This document shows, piece by piece, positions 1-12,440 of a stretch of DNA of 64,000 bases (position 1 is the stretch's first letter; each line of letters opens with the position of its first letter). Location of the stretch: assembly GCA_004764695.1 (NCBI GenBank), contig SMSO01000025.1, forward strand, positions 3,100,001-3,164,000, written 5' to 3'. The position numbers and the translations under genes were made by a program. The notes under the pieces were generated by a model. It searched no databases and was not told the origin of the DNA. It saw only the letters and a program-made list of their open reading frames with translations. This DNA comes from Schizochytrium sp. TIO01 (Eukaryota; Protista; Bigyra: Labyrinthulomycetes).

Positions 1-1141
1 AGAGAAGAGAGAGTCTCAGCAGCGGCTGATCGATCATGTACGAACGAATGAATCTATGCGTGGATCTCCGCGTGTATGTTAGTTAGTTAGCTTATAGACG
101 CAACTGCGGAATCGAGAGGTAGCAGGTTCTACGAGTGACATCGCGGAAAAGATAGTAATTCTCAATTCTGTGAGACGGTAGGACTAGTAGGTAGGAAGGT
201 ACCACCTACCTACCTTGGCAGTAGTAAGTAAGTAAGGAAGTAAGTAAGTAAGTAAAGAAGTAAGGAGTAAGTAAGTGAGCTAACTAACTACGAACTACCC
301 AGAGACAAGCTAAAAGGGAACTTCTTCAGGGGGGCCTTCTAGGCAGCCTAAGCGGGGCCTAAGCGGGGCCCAGCGAAGGTGCGGGGAAAGAAGAACGCAT
401 GGAAAGGCGAATGGGTGGATAAAAGTCTTTCGCGAGTTCTCGTTCACGGCAAATCGCTCGTCGCGCTCTCGGTGGACACCGCAACGTTCTCGTCGCAGAT
501 TCATTCCTTCATTCGTGCGAGGCGCGGGGTGCAGAAACGCAGTCACTGCTGCTGTCACGCCACCCACTCCCTCGCGCGTCGAGAATGTTGCCGGTGCCAC
601 CATGGCAGCACGAACGGACCCTCCTCTCCGAAATCTGCAACTTTGATTGATTGATTCATTGATTCATTCATTCATTCATTCATTCATTCGATCGTTCCCA
701 TTGAAATCACAGATTCTCCAACTTTATGACTTTTAGATACAATTAATTTAGTTTTAGTTTAGAAAAAGCTCGTAATAGATAAATAAATGAATATACATAT
801 ATATAAACAGAACGATAGATTCCGCAGAGCCAATCAATTGAATCCAACCTTGATCTCACAACACACTCACGCTCACAAAATAAGATAAACAGCAGCAAGC
901 TTGCCTCGACACTTGCCTCCTTTGGACTCGTATTTGCCTCAACTACCGATGCCAATTGGAGCTCGCAGATTGCGCACTCGAATGTAGCACTAGGAAACTA
1001 CCTCAATCCTGATATACATATATACGTGTATGTATGTATGTATGTATAAATAAATAAATATATCTACCGTCGCGTCTTTCGTGAATTGATTGGTCTACCT
1101 CCTTCAAAGAAAGTCCTCAGAAGGCTGTGAACCCCCCAATA

Positions 1142-1205
<64 letters not shown>
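1142..1205. repeat. (AATC)16 microsatellite
   Basis: Perfect tandem repeat read directly. Confidence 0.97.
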
Positions 1206-1206
<1 letters not shown>

Positions 1207-1572
1207 GTCACTCACTGAGTGGGTGAGTGCCAGTCGGCCAGCCACCCATCCATGCTCGAGGCAGAAGGTACGTACGTAGTAGGTACGTAGTGCCGTGGAC
1301 ACGCGGTCTCGTGAAGTCTGCTGAAGCTCGCAAGCTCTTGCTCGCGCACCCGTTTCCGCTCCATTCTCCTTTTCGTACTACATAAGGACAGCCATCCTAT
1401 GCTCTATTATCCAGAGTTGTGCTTGCTTCTTCTTCTTTCTTTTTCTTTCTTTCTTTTTTAATTTAATTCTAATTCTAAAACAAAATAAAATGGTAAAAGA
1501 ATCTTTATGATCGAACAAAGGTGAAGAGTTCTCAGCTTGCTTTTCGCAGTCTTTCTTTTCTAAGCTACTCGG

Positions 1573-1770
1573 AAGCTTTGAAGAGAAGAAACTTTGAAGA
1601 GAAGAAGCTTTGAAGAGAAGAAGCTTTGAAGAGAAGAAACTTTGAAGAGAAGAAGCTTTGAAGAGAAGAAACTTTGAAGAGAAGAAACTTTGAAGAGAAG
1701 AAGCTTTGAAGAGAAGAAACTTTGAAGAGAAGAAACTTTGAAGAGAAGAAACTTTAACTTTGAAGAGAAG
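1573..1770. repeat. 16-bp minisatellite AA(G/A)CTTTGAAGAGAAG, 11 full units plus partial units
   Basis: Read directly. Variant order is G,A,G,G,A,G,A,A,G,A,A, then a 7-nt partial unit and a near-complete last unit. It explains the repetitive ORF 1378..1860. Confidence 0.97.
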
Positions 1771-4700
1771 AAGAGGAGACACGAAGCAGGCGAGGAAAAG
1801 TCCGGTCATTTCCATTTTTCGAGCGCCGTTGCAGGTGACTGAGGCTGCACAAACCAACACCTTTCCACGGCAAGTGGAGCGAGCAGTCAGCCCAAGATGT
1901 TACGCCCACGCAAGCAACCCAGGCCTTCCAATATCTGTCTACTTTGGCTGGCCACGCACGCTCGAGCTTTAAGTTGGCTCTCACGTGCAGAGCCCTTCTC
2001 TCTCAGCTTGCCTAGCCAACTGTGCAAGGCGACAATGTATTGCTCAGTGACGGTTCGGAAACACTCACGAACGAAAGAACTTGAAAACCACCACTCTGTA
2101 GATCTATCTCTCAAAAGACCTAGTACCCAGCTCTCTCTCGCATCAAGTGGGCAAGCAAGAAAACAAGCGTAATATTCATTCAGAGTTCATGATAATCTCC
2201 CGTGGAGATAAGAGAATTCTTCTCCACGTGCAAAGGAATGAATAGATAAATGAATGAATGAGAGGAAAGGTCGACTTCTGCCTTGCGCTGAGCCCTCTGC
2301 GGATTGATTGGTTGGCTGTCTGATTGATTCTGTCCCTCTGTTTTCCTTGTGCGCTGACTGACTGACTGTCTGACTGACTGACTGACAGACAGACCTGATC
2401 GACAGACTGAGCGACGTCGCAATCCGTATTTGCTTGCTTAGGTAGGTACGTACCCACATACTACGAGGCGGAGGAGAGGCTGCCTGAGAGAATATTAAAA
2501 TTTAAAAGGGGTGGTGGGCCCAGAAACGCTCGTGGGCCTCATTCGAGAATCTATGATTGTATATTTTGTGGGTCCTGGATACCTTAGGCACCTACCTCGC
2601 TGGCTTCTTGTACCAAGTTCTGTTTATATATTTTAAAGATAAATTATGTAATACTTTCATTAGGTTTCAAGTTCGTTCTTGCTGTTTTAAATAATCAAAA
2701 TTCTTCTTCTTATTATTATTATCTTCACATCATGTAAATGAAAAGTTTATTTTGATTTCTTTCCAATTAAAAAGAGAACAAAAAATCTATAGAACATTGC
2801 GATTGAAGACCAATCACTGCGCTCAATAAGATTGGTTTAAACCCAATTGTCAGTGGGGCGCAATTTGTTTGGGCTAAGAAAAGTTTGTTGGTTCAAAGAA
2901 AATGATCGAAAATTGATTTAATTCATGTATATATTTATTTAAAAAAAGTAAAAATCAAAACTATGCAAATTGAACATGAACAGCAAAATAAACGTTTTTG
3001 GATAGAGCCAAAGAAAGAAAGCGAATGGCCCGCATAAAATAGCAGTAAGCCCAAAAGAGCCCAGAAGTAATATCATTTGTACTGGTTCTGCCCCACCAAC
3101 GCACGTATCATAATCACCGCCTCAGTTGCGTTTTCCCCTGAACGAACATACATTTCCACAATAAAGCCAAAGCGAGAACGTTCTGAAGAGAAGGGACTTT
3201 CTGTTGGAACCCATTACTCTAGCAAGAATAGCCCGGTTACTGTCTTTTGAACTAAAGTAAGTCAAATGAATGACAATGAAACACAATGCTGGCGTGTACG
3301 ATCCCGAGTCGTGAACTGCGGTCCTGTGTGCCTGTCTGCCTGGTTCTCCCATTCCTCCCTTCGTCGCGTGCTATTCTGTGGCTTCCTCTTTCCCCTCCTC
3401 CTAAGAGCCTTTATTTCGAGTCTCTCTCTCACTCGCTGTCTTTTGCCCCTTCTTTCACACCACATAGAAATAAAATAGCACATGCCCGCCTATTGCTACC
3501 TCGATAGGGCATTCATTCTCTATGTACTTTTCCACTGGCACAAAACGAACCGTCTTTCGATGCTTTCACTGTACCATACATAGATAGATGCATACCTCTA
3601 CCCATGAGCTACGTACCCCTACTACTTAGTACTGCTTTACGTCCTAGTTAACTACGTAGAACGGAATGTACAGAACCAGAGAACGAAGCAGAAGAAGCAG
3701 ATTCCACGGGGAAATGCACAGCTAAGTTTTGCAAAACATGCGAGCGCGCACGCAAGCAGGCAAGCATGTCGGCAAGCAAATGAGGTGTTACTTTCTTTTT
3801 GCCGCCCAGACGCGCTTCCCAACCGCGTCTCCGCTTCCCCTCCCGAAGCCGTGAAGGGGACCATTGTCTATCGCATTCTTTCCAAGCAAAAAAGTGGCCT
3901 CGCGCACTTTCATTTATATGGTGCATAGCTTACCCCTGACTTGACCCATAATAAATAATACCACTTACCGCGTGCGCATTTTGCGATGTATAGCGCAAAC
4001 TTCTGGCGATTTAAGATGGCCTTTTGAGTGCCTCTTTCGATGGTTCAAGTTCTGCTTTCCAGGTATTTTGCGTGCCCGTGTATTTGTGGTTTGCGGGCGA
4101 TCCTCAAGTTATTCATCTCAGCAGAGGTCACTTGGACGGACTGGACCGCACATGTGGAGCCTGGCTGATGCAACGCACGAACCCGCTTATTAATAACTGA
4201 GCGAGGCGAAAACTGTTCACGGTTAGAACTTGGGTTTTAACTTTTGTGAACCTGGCATCTCTTCGGTTGGCCTCGAGCTGATACCAGTGCATTCGCTCTT
4301 CTCAGAACGAGCGTGCATGCATGTGTAATGGATGCATATATACGACATCTGAAGTAATGCACTGGCGTACTTGACAATTTAGCCTTGGAGGCCGATATGA
4401 CGAAACCGCGACTGCGCTCGTAGGATTGTAGGAAACAGGATCTTTACAAACCTTTTGCCGACATGCGCTCGCCAGCTCGCGTGCATTCTGGCGTCTCATT
4501 TGTTGACTTACATAGTTCGCCAGATCATAGGCTGTCTACCTTCAATAATAGAAAAGAATAATTATCATAACTACTTCGCTACTGGTTGTGTGAAAGCTAT
4601 AAGCAAAGTATATGGGCATATAGCTTAGAATAGAGAAACTGACATACGTTATGGAAACGAAATACATTTGGTATAGTTATGAAATTCTGGATTGTAGATA

Positions 4701-7262
4701 ACAAAATTTGCTAGATAGCCAATGTTATGCAATATACTTGAATAAATCTTATCGCCATGATTGGGTGGCGTGGCTTTCAATTGAATGAAGTTGCATGGAA
4801 GGCGTTTACAATTTAACAAATTCTTTGCCAGGGCCGGGTCGAAGAAGCGATCGCTGAGCATGGATCTTATCATATTTTGAATTTGGATGTGTCTTGATGC
4901 TGCGAGAAGCCTCAAGTTCTACTCTTTTATTTCAGTAAATGTTGTTCACTTTCAAAGAACTTGTGCCAGCGCAACTGGCATGCGACTGTGCTATGCCTCT
5001 TTGACATTTGCGTTGTACGCACGTTCTTTCCTTATGAGAACGATCAAGATTTTGACCCAGCTCGCTCTCAGGCTTTTCCTTGTTGTTTATATTTTCCGTC
5101 TGCAGAGGTAGGTAGGTAGGTAGGTAGTAGGTGTTACTGGACCTCCTCTTTCGAGACCGATTTCCTCATTTGAAAAGGTCCCTAGGCGCACAACTGTTTT
5201 CAAAGCGTTAGCACTGGGTAACTAGCATTGTCTGATTGATTGTGTTGGCTTGAGTTTTTTCCACCCAACTTGCTTTTTGTTTATTTTTAAAACACAAAAA
5301 ACAAGTTTTAACTCATTTCCAATGACTAGTGAGATTGAGGTAATGTTCTTATTAGCTACTTGCTAATAATCGGTTCATAGCTAGCTGTCTAATAGAACAG
5401 TGCTTTTTTTAATTGAAAGAGAAACGTAAAGGTTTCTTCTGCGCAGATGATTCCCATGTACTTTGCGATTGGGCAAGCGAGTGCGCAATTTTCAGGTTGT
5501 GGGTAGCTACCAAGAATACAGAAGTTGTCTTCACGGAAGCACGCGCAGTTGAAGAGAGTTTCACTTTGAATTTGCTTCGCCCGCGTTTCAATATTTCTTT
5601 TTAAATAACATTTTCATTTCCATAATTTTTCAGAATAAATACTATCTTCAACAAAAAGAGTGCATAGCTGGCAGAAGACATCGGGAGCGGAGACCATCGC
5701 TGTTTTAATGTTTCCTGTTCTAAACTGGTGAACAAGAATCCTACGTCCTACGCATGCAAGGAACACATCAAAATAACACCACAATGGCGGCTCCCTGAGG
5801 CTGCATATAGCTCTCACAGAGTTCGCCAGAGTCCAAAAGAGTCTCCCCACCAATAATCACTCACTTCAATTGCCCTTATCAGACCACCATTGCCTGTTTT
5901 TATTTGTGTGTTTTATTTATCTGTCTTCATGTGGATGCTGATCCGTGCCGCACATTGAGGGCCCGAAAAACTCGCGATGCGCTGGCGCGGGTGCGGCAGG
6001 GAAGAAGAGGCACGCATAGTCCAATGCGCCTCGACCACCGACTCCGTCCGCGAATCACAGCTGCAACACCGTATCGCACGAGCTTCTCGGGCCTCTAAGC
6101 GAAAGGGCACACGCTGCGGCGGCTGTCTTCTTCTCCCAGGAGGGAGACGATGCTTTTCGACTATGCAACATATGAGTCTGTCATTCACCAGCCGTTCCAT
6201 TGTGGTTGTTCTTATCTCGCAAATATTCGAAACACAAAGCAGACGCCTAGCCCCTGGTAGCCCAGTGCTAGCCCGCCCCCCCTAGTCGCTTTGCTTGCTT
6301 GTCTCGCTAGTGGTATGCGTTTATTCTCGTAGCTATTCGCAACCATCGCAAGCTCGCTCGAAGGTGGCTTCGCCCGGGAAACCCGGAGAAAACGCAGCAG
6401 GCGGTGCACGCATATAGATAGCGTGCCAGCGTTGGCTCACGCCAGAGCAGCCGCTGCTTCAAGGTCCAACCCTTGGAAATTGCCAACCAGCAAGCACGCC
6501 TCCACCGCCGCCAGGAACTACGGACTCGGAGGCGTGCAAGCGACGGTCAGAGCGGCGTCATCATGGTCTCCAAAGGCTGTAGTAGTGAGTTCACTCCTTA
6601 CCACCCTCATAGGCCTTCGCTTAGGCCTGCCTGGCGCGAGGTGTGTGCGCGAGCAGCCAGCCAATGGGCCTAAGTCGGAGCCCCTCCACTTCTCTGCAGC
6701 GACTGGAACAAACAAAGAGACAAAGAAACAAACAAAGAAACAAACTTCAAACAAATAAACAAACAAACAAATAGACAGACAGTGGGCAGAGGGACCCTCA
6801 TGCAGTGCATCGGAGGAGGCGGCAAAGTACAACCATGGGGTGACGAGGATTCGATGGCGGTGGTCCCAAGTTCTAAGCTGGCGACCTCCTCCCAGAGGAC
6901 CTTGGGGAGATGGATGATGGAGGGGTGACGACGCAGGAATCTCAGGCACAAATTAGAAGCTGACTCTGGCGATGCATGCATGCTACCTGGCTAGCCACTG
7001 CATAGCTATTGGATCCTGAATGCTCTGCTGCAAGCTGCCGGCTGTGAAGCGAAGGCTCTGCAGCGAGCGGTGGGTGACAAGTACGCAAAACGGGGCACCG
7101 GCAAATGACACGTTTGCAGTTTCTAGTGCTGATTTGCCACAAAGAAAATGCTGTCTGTGAGAGATGCTCGAGTTTTGTTTTTCTACTTGGTACAAATGAC
7201 GGGTTAAATAATCTATAATTCATCAGGTGTGTCTGCAATTGTGCTTCACAAGCGAATAACTT

Positions 7263-7264
<2 letters not shown>

Positions 7265-7308
<44 letters not shown>
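7265..7308. repeat. (AG)22 microsatellite
   Basis: Perfect tandem repeat read directly. Confidence 0.97.
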
Positions 7309-7312
<4 letters not shown>

Positions 7313-7841
7313 CTGAGCAGAAAGTCATTTTAACGAGAGAAGGTGCAGATCGACGTCGGCTCATGTCTTTCTTTCTCTGCTTCCAAGCCCTTTCATTCTT
7401 TCACTCGCGTGGACTTCTTTCATTTGGTACTCTTTCTTCTGTCGCACGGACTTGGTACAAGTGTGCCTAATAAGAAGGAACTGCTCAAATCCTTCGCTGC
7501 GCCAAACCTTTCCCCGGTCCTAAGAAGTGTCTGCCTCCGCAGAAGACTCGCAACTCTGCCGCGTAGCTCCAAAACTAGATCCCGACAATGCTGACTGCTG
7601 ACTTTGATTGATTCAATGATTCTTCGAGGAGGTGGTATCATCACCAAGCAACATCTTGCAGGTGCAGCGACCTCAAAGTGCCTGTTCTGGAACAGGGCTT
7701 CCTCAGTTAAAGTACTAAGTAGCGCTGAGGCAATCGGCGTTCGGAAGCAAAGCAAAGCAAAGCAAAGCAAACATCTTCTTCTATTATCCAGCAGCAAATA
7801 AATAGTTTCAAAGTTGTTTGTTAGTTTGTTGTTTCGCTCTT

Positions 7842-7874
<33 letters not shown>

Positions 7875-10800
7875 CTGTGTTGTCAGGTTATCTTGGCGAT
7901 AGAGCTGTTTCAGGAAACCAGAAGAAAACAACGAGAACCCAAGGCGGTAGCTTGCAACAAGCGCTGGAGAGGGCGTGAAATTCAACGATTGAAAGATAGA
8001 TGGATGACAAAGTAAGCAGACTGCAGGCGTAAGCGAGCTTGAAGCTGAGGCAGCTGGTTTCCAGCGAAGGAATTTGAACGGAGAAAAGAGTTTCACAGCG
8101 TGCGCCCTCTATGGCGACTGTCCTCTGTGAAGGCGCAGCCACTTAGCTACAGAAAGGAAAGAAAGAAAGAGATGTAGTGAGCAAAGAATAAGTTACTTGG
8201 TTAGAAAGTACACAGAACAGAACAGCGTCACATGTCGTAATGATTATTCTAGCTAGTTTCAATGAATGAAACTGAAGTGAGCATAACACCTCCTTTCAGC
8301 TTCTGGCTAATGTAAGGAAACACACATCTTCAAAACAAAGAGTCCAACACGCATTCTTCCCTTCACAAGCGAAAGAATCGGAGCAAGAAAGTAGCTCAAA
8401 GATCGAGGGCCTCAAAGAAGTGGCCTTCAGAGGGAATCAAGGTGTTTTCTTTTGGCATTCATTCTTTCTGAAAAGAAATGTGATCAAAATTCCAAGAAAC
8501 AATCTAACGTGAAGGAATCGAGGTTCATGTAGAAGTACTTAGGATTAGACACTTTCTTGAAGTCTCTTCCTTCCATAGACGCTGCTGAGTGGTGAGGAAA
8601 GAGACACCTTCTGTCGCTCCCAGGAAGATAGATGCGCACTGCCCCGGTCTGACTGACTGATTGATTATCTGACTGACTGACCGACTGACAAATGAAAAAC
8701 AAATTCTTTCCTTTGCGAGACGCACTTTACCCTTATCGCGCAGATGAGGATCTAGCTAGGGGGTCTGTTTCAATTGGAGGATTCCGCCTCTAGCTAGACC
8801 TTGACTTTTCCTTCTGTTTTTGTTCATTCCAAATAAACAACTAAGCCCTCCAACTAGAACTAATAAGCCAAATATTTTAAAAGCCAAATATTAGCATTGC
8901 TAGAAAGTATTTATTTATGAATAAATTTAAATTTATTTATTGCATTAATTAAAAATAAAACCAAAAGAAGGGAACATAAAGAGTAAAACAAAGAAACCAA
9001 CTTAGTATTTTTCAAGAAGGCTATTTGGTAATTCGCGTTTCATATTTGGAAGGAAAGCTTTACTGGTGTTCTGCTTAGTCGTCGTAGGTAGGTCCTTCAT
9101 CGATCATTATATGTCACAGGTTGATTCCATCATTTTCCCCGAGGCCGACTTGCGTATAGATGAAAGGCGGGAAAGAATCTTTCTTAATGAAAACACTCTG
9201 ACTAAATATAAAAAGGACGATAGCGAGCGATATTTGTTTTGAAAGGTAAACACTAGTTCTTTTGTTTCTTCTTTTCAATTTAGCAAATATTTATTTCAAA
9301 GTTTAAAGTATTCCAAACTTTAAAAAGAACAAAAAAAGTGTTCCATCCATTTACGTTATTCTCAAAAATAAAAAACGTTTTCATATCTCTGATTTAAATA
9401 AAAAAAAAATGATGGAAACAGATTTTTAGAGGCGCAGCTTTTTTAATGATAGAAACAGAACAGATCCATGTATATTTTCAAACAATATTTTAAATTTATA
9501 CTAATTCTAAACAAGAACAGAAAAAAAAAAAAAAAAAAACATGAAAAGGAGTTTTCCTTCTCTCTTATAAATTAAAATTTTAATAAGTTGATCTATCTAA
9601 TTTTTAAATGAGCAGATAGAACAGAACACCATTATCAATAACAGTGTATGCTTTCGGAAGTGTAAGATACTATATTTGGAGACTTCGATAGGTAACAGAG
9701 GTGCGCACTCTGCTTCCAATTGCGTCACGACATTGCGGCTAACTGTGTCCCAGATTGGTGAAGGAGTGTTTCAATAAAAGATTATTGCTACTATTGCTAT
9801 GATGATCATGATGATTTTATGAGGTTAATAATTCTCCCCAGCACTGCTTCGTTCGAAAGATCGAAAGACTAATAGAATACCAGCTCATTGAGACATTTGA
9901 ATCCAGTTCCTCAACACAAAAAATAGTGTAGAATATAGAACCCACGATGAATACATGTTCTGTGTTTGTGTTGAAAGAGCAAGACCTGCGATGAAGAAAA
10001 TTAATTATCATTCTTACCAAGCTACAGCATGGCCATTCTTTTTTTCTTCTTTTTTTAAATAATAATATTCATTACAAGCAATGGGTTTATTATAAGTTCT
10101 AAACCACCAGGCCAAGAAACTAAATCCAAGAACTATTAATCAAACAGAGCACTTACTAAATCAGCTCAGAGTGAGGGCCTTTCCATATCGGTATTCGCTT
10201 CTGGAATTTGTTTTTAAATCATGTTTGTTTTTAATAAACCATATGTCTTGTTATTCAAGACGACTGTATCTTTTGGGTTAGGTAACCTCTTGTGCTGATC
10301 CGGCAGCAAAAAACATAGATATATGCAAAGAAATGAACAGAAAGTAGATGAGCTGTGAGCCGACATCCCTCTTCGAGACCCGGAGAATCCAAGAAAGAAT
10401 TTGCCACTGCCACCTTCAACAAACTACTTTTGTTTTCGAGATCAAAAACGATCGATTCTTCATTATTATTTTTTGTTATTTCAACAGAGCTGATATTTGC
10501 CAGCAGTCTAGACCGGCGAGAAGACAACGTATTAGTACCATGACTAAACTTGAGAAAAGAACATCACTGAGAGAGTTCTTATACGAAGCAAGCAACACGT
10601 AGCCAAAGTTTTATAGATAGTGGCATGTAATAACTAAGCAGAGTTTGTGCCTCCCACCACATAAGTAGCAGCGGAATCTCCAGCTATCCACAGATGCACA
10701 GATATGAAGATCATGAGGGACTTTGACGATCAAGAGAGCGGCAAAAACGCAGGCAAAAAAGTCTCGTAACCAGGTCAATCGACCCTCGAGGCCCTGGCCT

Positions 10801-11603
10801 TTGCAGAAGAATGGCCACCTCGCGTGGTACGTGGCCAGCTTCTTTGAAAGAAACCCGTCTCAGGACGCTTTCTGTCAGGATTGACGAACTCGCCTCTCTT
10901 CAGCAGCAAATCATCAGTCGTAGTTGTTGCTTTTGCTTCTGACATACTTTTTATTTTTGGCTCAAGTCCTGCCATTTATTACTACTATGAGGAAACCCCT
11001 CGTAACCGATTAACCTTACTCAACAGCAACAACGTTTCTCGCTCCCCAAACTCACTAAGAGGAGGGAAGGACATCGCTGGTTTGTCCCTCACCTCGTTAG
11101 AGAAGTGCAAAGCCGCGAGGACGGCGCAAGGATCGGAAGGAGCCTTAGGAGGGGACACAAGTCACCAACAATATGAGAGGTGCCCAAAGTGCGAAAGGAG
11201 GGATATAACGAGCGCGCGGCGGTGTCTCAGCGGAGGGGTAGGTTTTATGGTAGTGGCGGGGATCGCAGTGTCTCTCGTGCTTCCCTAAAGTCCCCATGGG
11301 TGGTACCTACCTACCTACCTGTCTAGTCTAGTAGGTAGTAAGTGGCTAGCTAGTGCTTGTAGAAGCGAGAAGGTGGAGCCATCGAGCGATTGCTTTGAGT
11401 TTCCTTTCTACCCAAGTCAAAATATTTCAACATCTTTGCGAGAATTATGTATAAAACTATGGTGTTGCTGGTTCCAGAGTCACCTGCGCTTGCTCGTGGC
11501 CGCAGAAGCCGTGGATAGAGTTCCAGTGGGGTCGGGTTGAGGACTTGCTGAGGGATGAAGTGATCCATGGCAAGGCGATGGATGCCTGGTGCCTGGGCTC
11601 TGA

Positions 11604-11638
<35 letters not shown>

Positions 11639-11651
11639 ACTGACTGACTGA
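11604..11651. repeat. Compound (CTGC)8(CTGA)4 microsatellite
   Basis: Read directly. A second GCCT tract lies at ~11921-11960. Confidence 0.93.
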
Positions 11652-11928
11652 CAGACTGGCTGACGGCGTCGATCAACAAAGCTTCGTGATCGTCTGTCTT
11701 TTGGCTGATTTTACAGATTTTGAATCCTTTGAGGAACCTCCCTCCCTACCTTCCTCTAGCTAATGAATGTAAGTGGTGCCTATGATGCTGGCATAAAATA
11801 ATAATCTGTAATACAGACGCTGTGTTTGTTTTTACTTTCGAAAGGAGAGATGGTGGCTTTGCTTAGTTTTTAATCCAATGATAAGAAGCACGCCAAGCAA
11901 TGCTGCTGCTCCAATGGCTCGCCTGCCT

Positions 11929-11961
<33 letters not shown>

Positions 11962-12138
11962 CTGATCAGCGAAACGGCGCTCGGGCAGAGCGAGCGAGCC
12001 TCGTGCACGGCCTCTGGAGAAAGTCTCCGCCGAAGCAGCAAGAGTGCCAACAACTGTGCCTCCCAATGCTGCGGGGCTCTCGTCTCAGCTCCTCTCCCTC
12101 AGCTGTTCCATGGCGGTGGTCTCTGATGAAGCCTTCAA

Positions 12139-12190
12139 GAATGAATGAATGAATGAATGAATGAATGAATGAATGAATGAATGAATGAAT
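12139..12190. repeat. (GAAT)13 microsatellite with degenerate extension to ~12245
   Basis: Read directly. Confidence 0.95.
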
Positions 12191-12330
12191 GAGTGCTGGA
12201 ATGAAGGAATGAAGCGACGAAAGGATAAATGAATGAATGAATGAACCGAAGAATGAACAATCAACCATGTCCTAGCGCAGCGCCTAGGTAGCCGGTAGCA
12301 GGGAGCGAAAAGGAAGAAGAAAAGCAGACA

Positions 12331-12440
12331 CTTACTTACTTACTAAATTACTAACTAACTTACTAACTTACTAACTTACTAAATTACTAACTAAACTGAC
12401 TAAACTAACTTACTAACTTACTTACTAAACTAACTACTAG
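12331..12440. repeat. Degenerate TTAC/TAAC simple-repeat tract
   Basis: Nearly G-free 110-nt tract of mixed ACTT/ACTA units. Confidence 0.9.

Noticed and set aside
1573-1770. CRISPR array
   Set aside because: Head-to-tail 16-bp units with no unique spacers, no cas genes, and a eukaryotic context.
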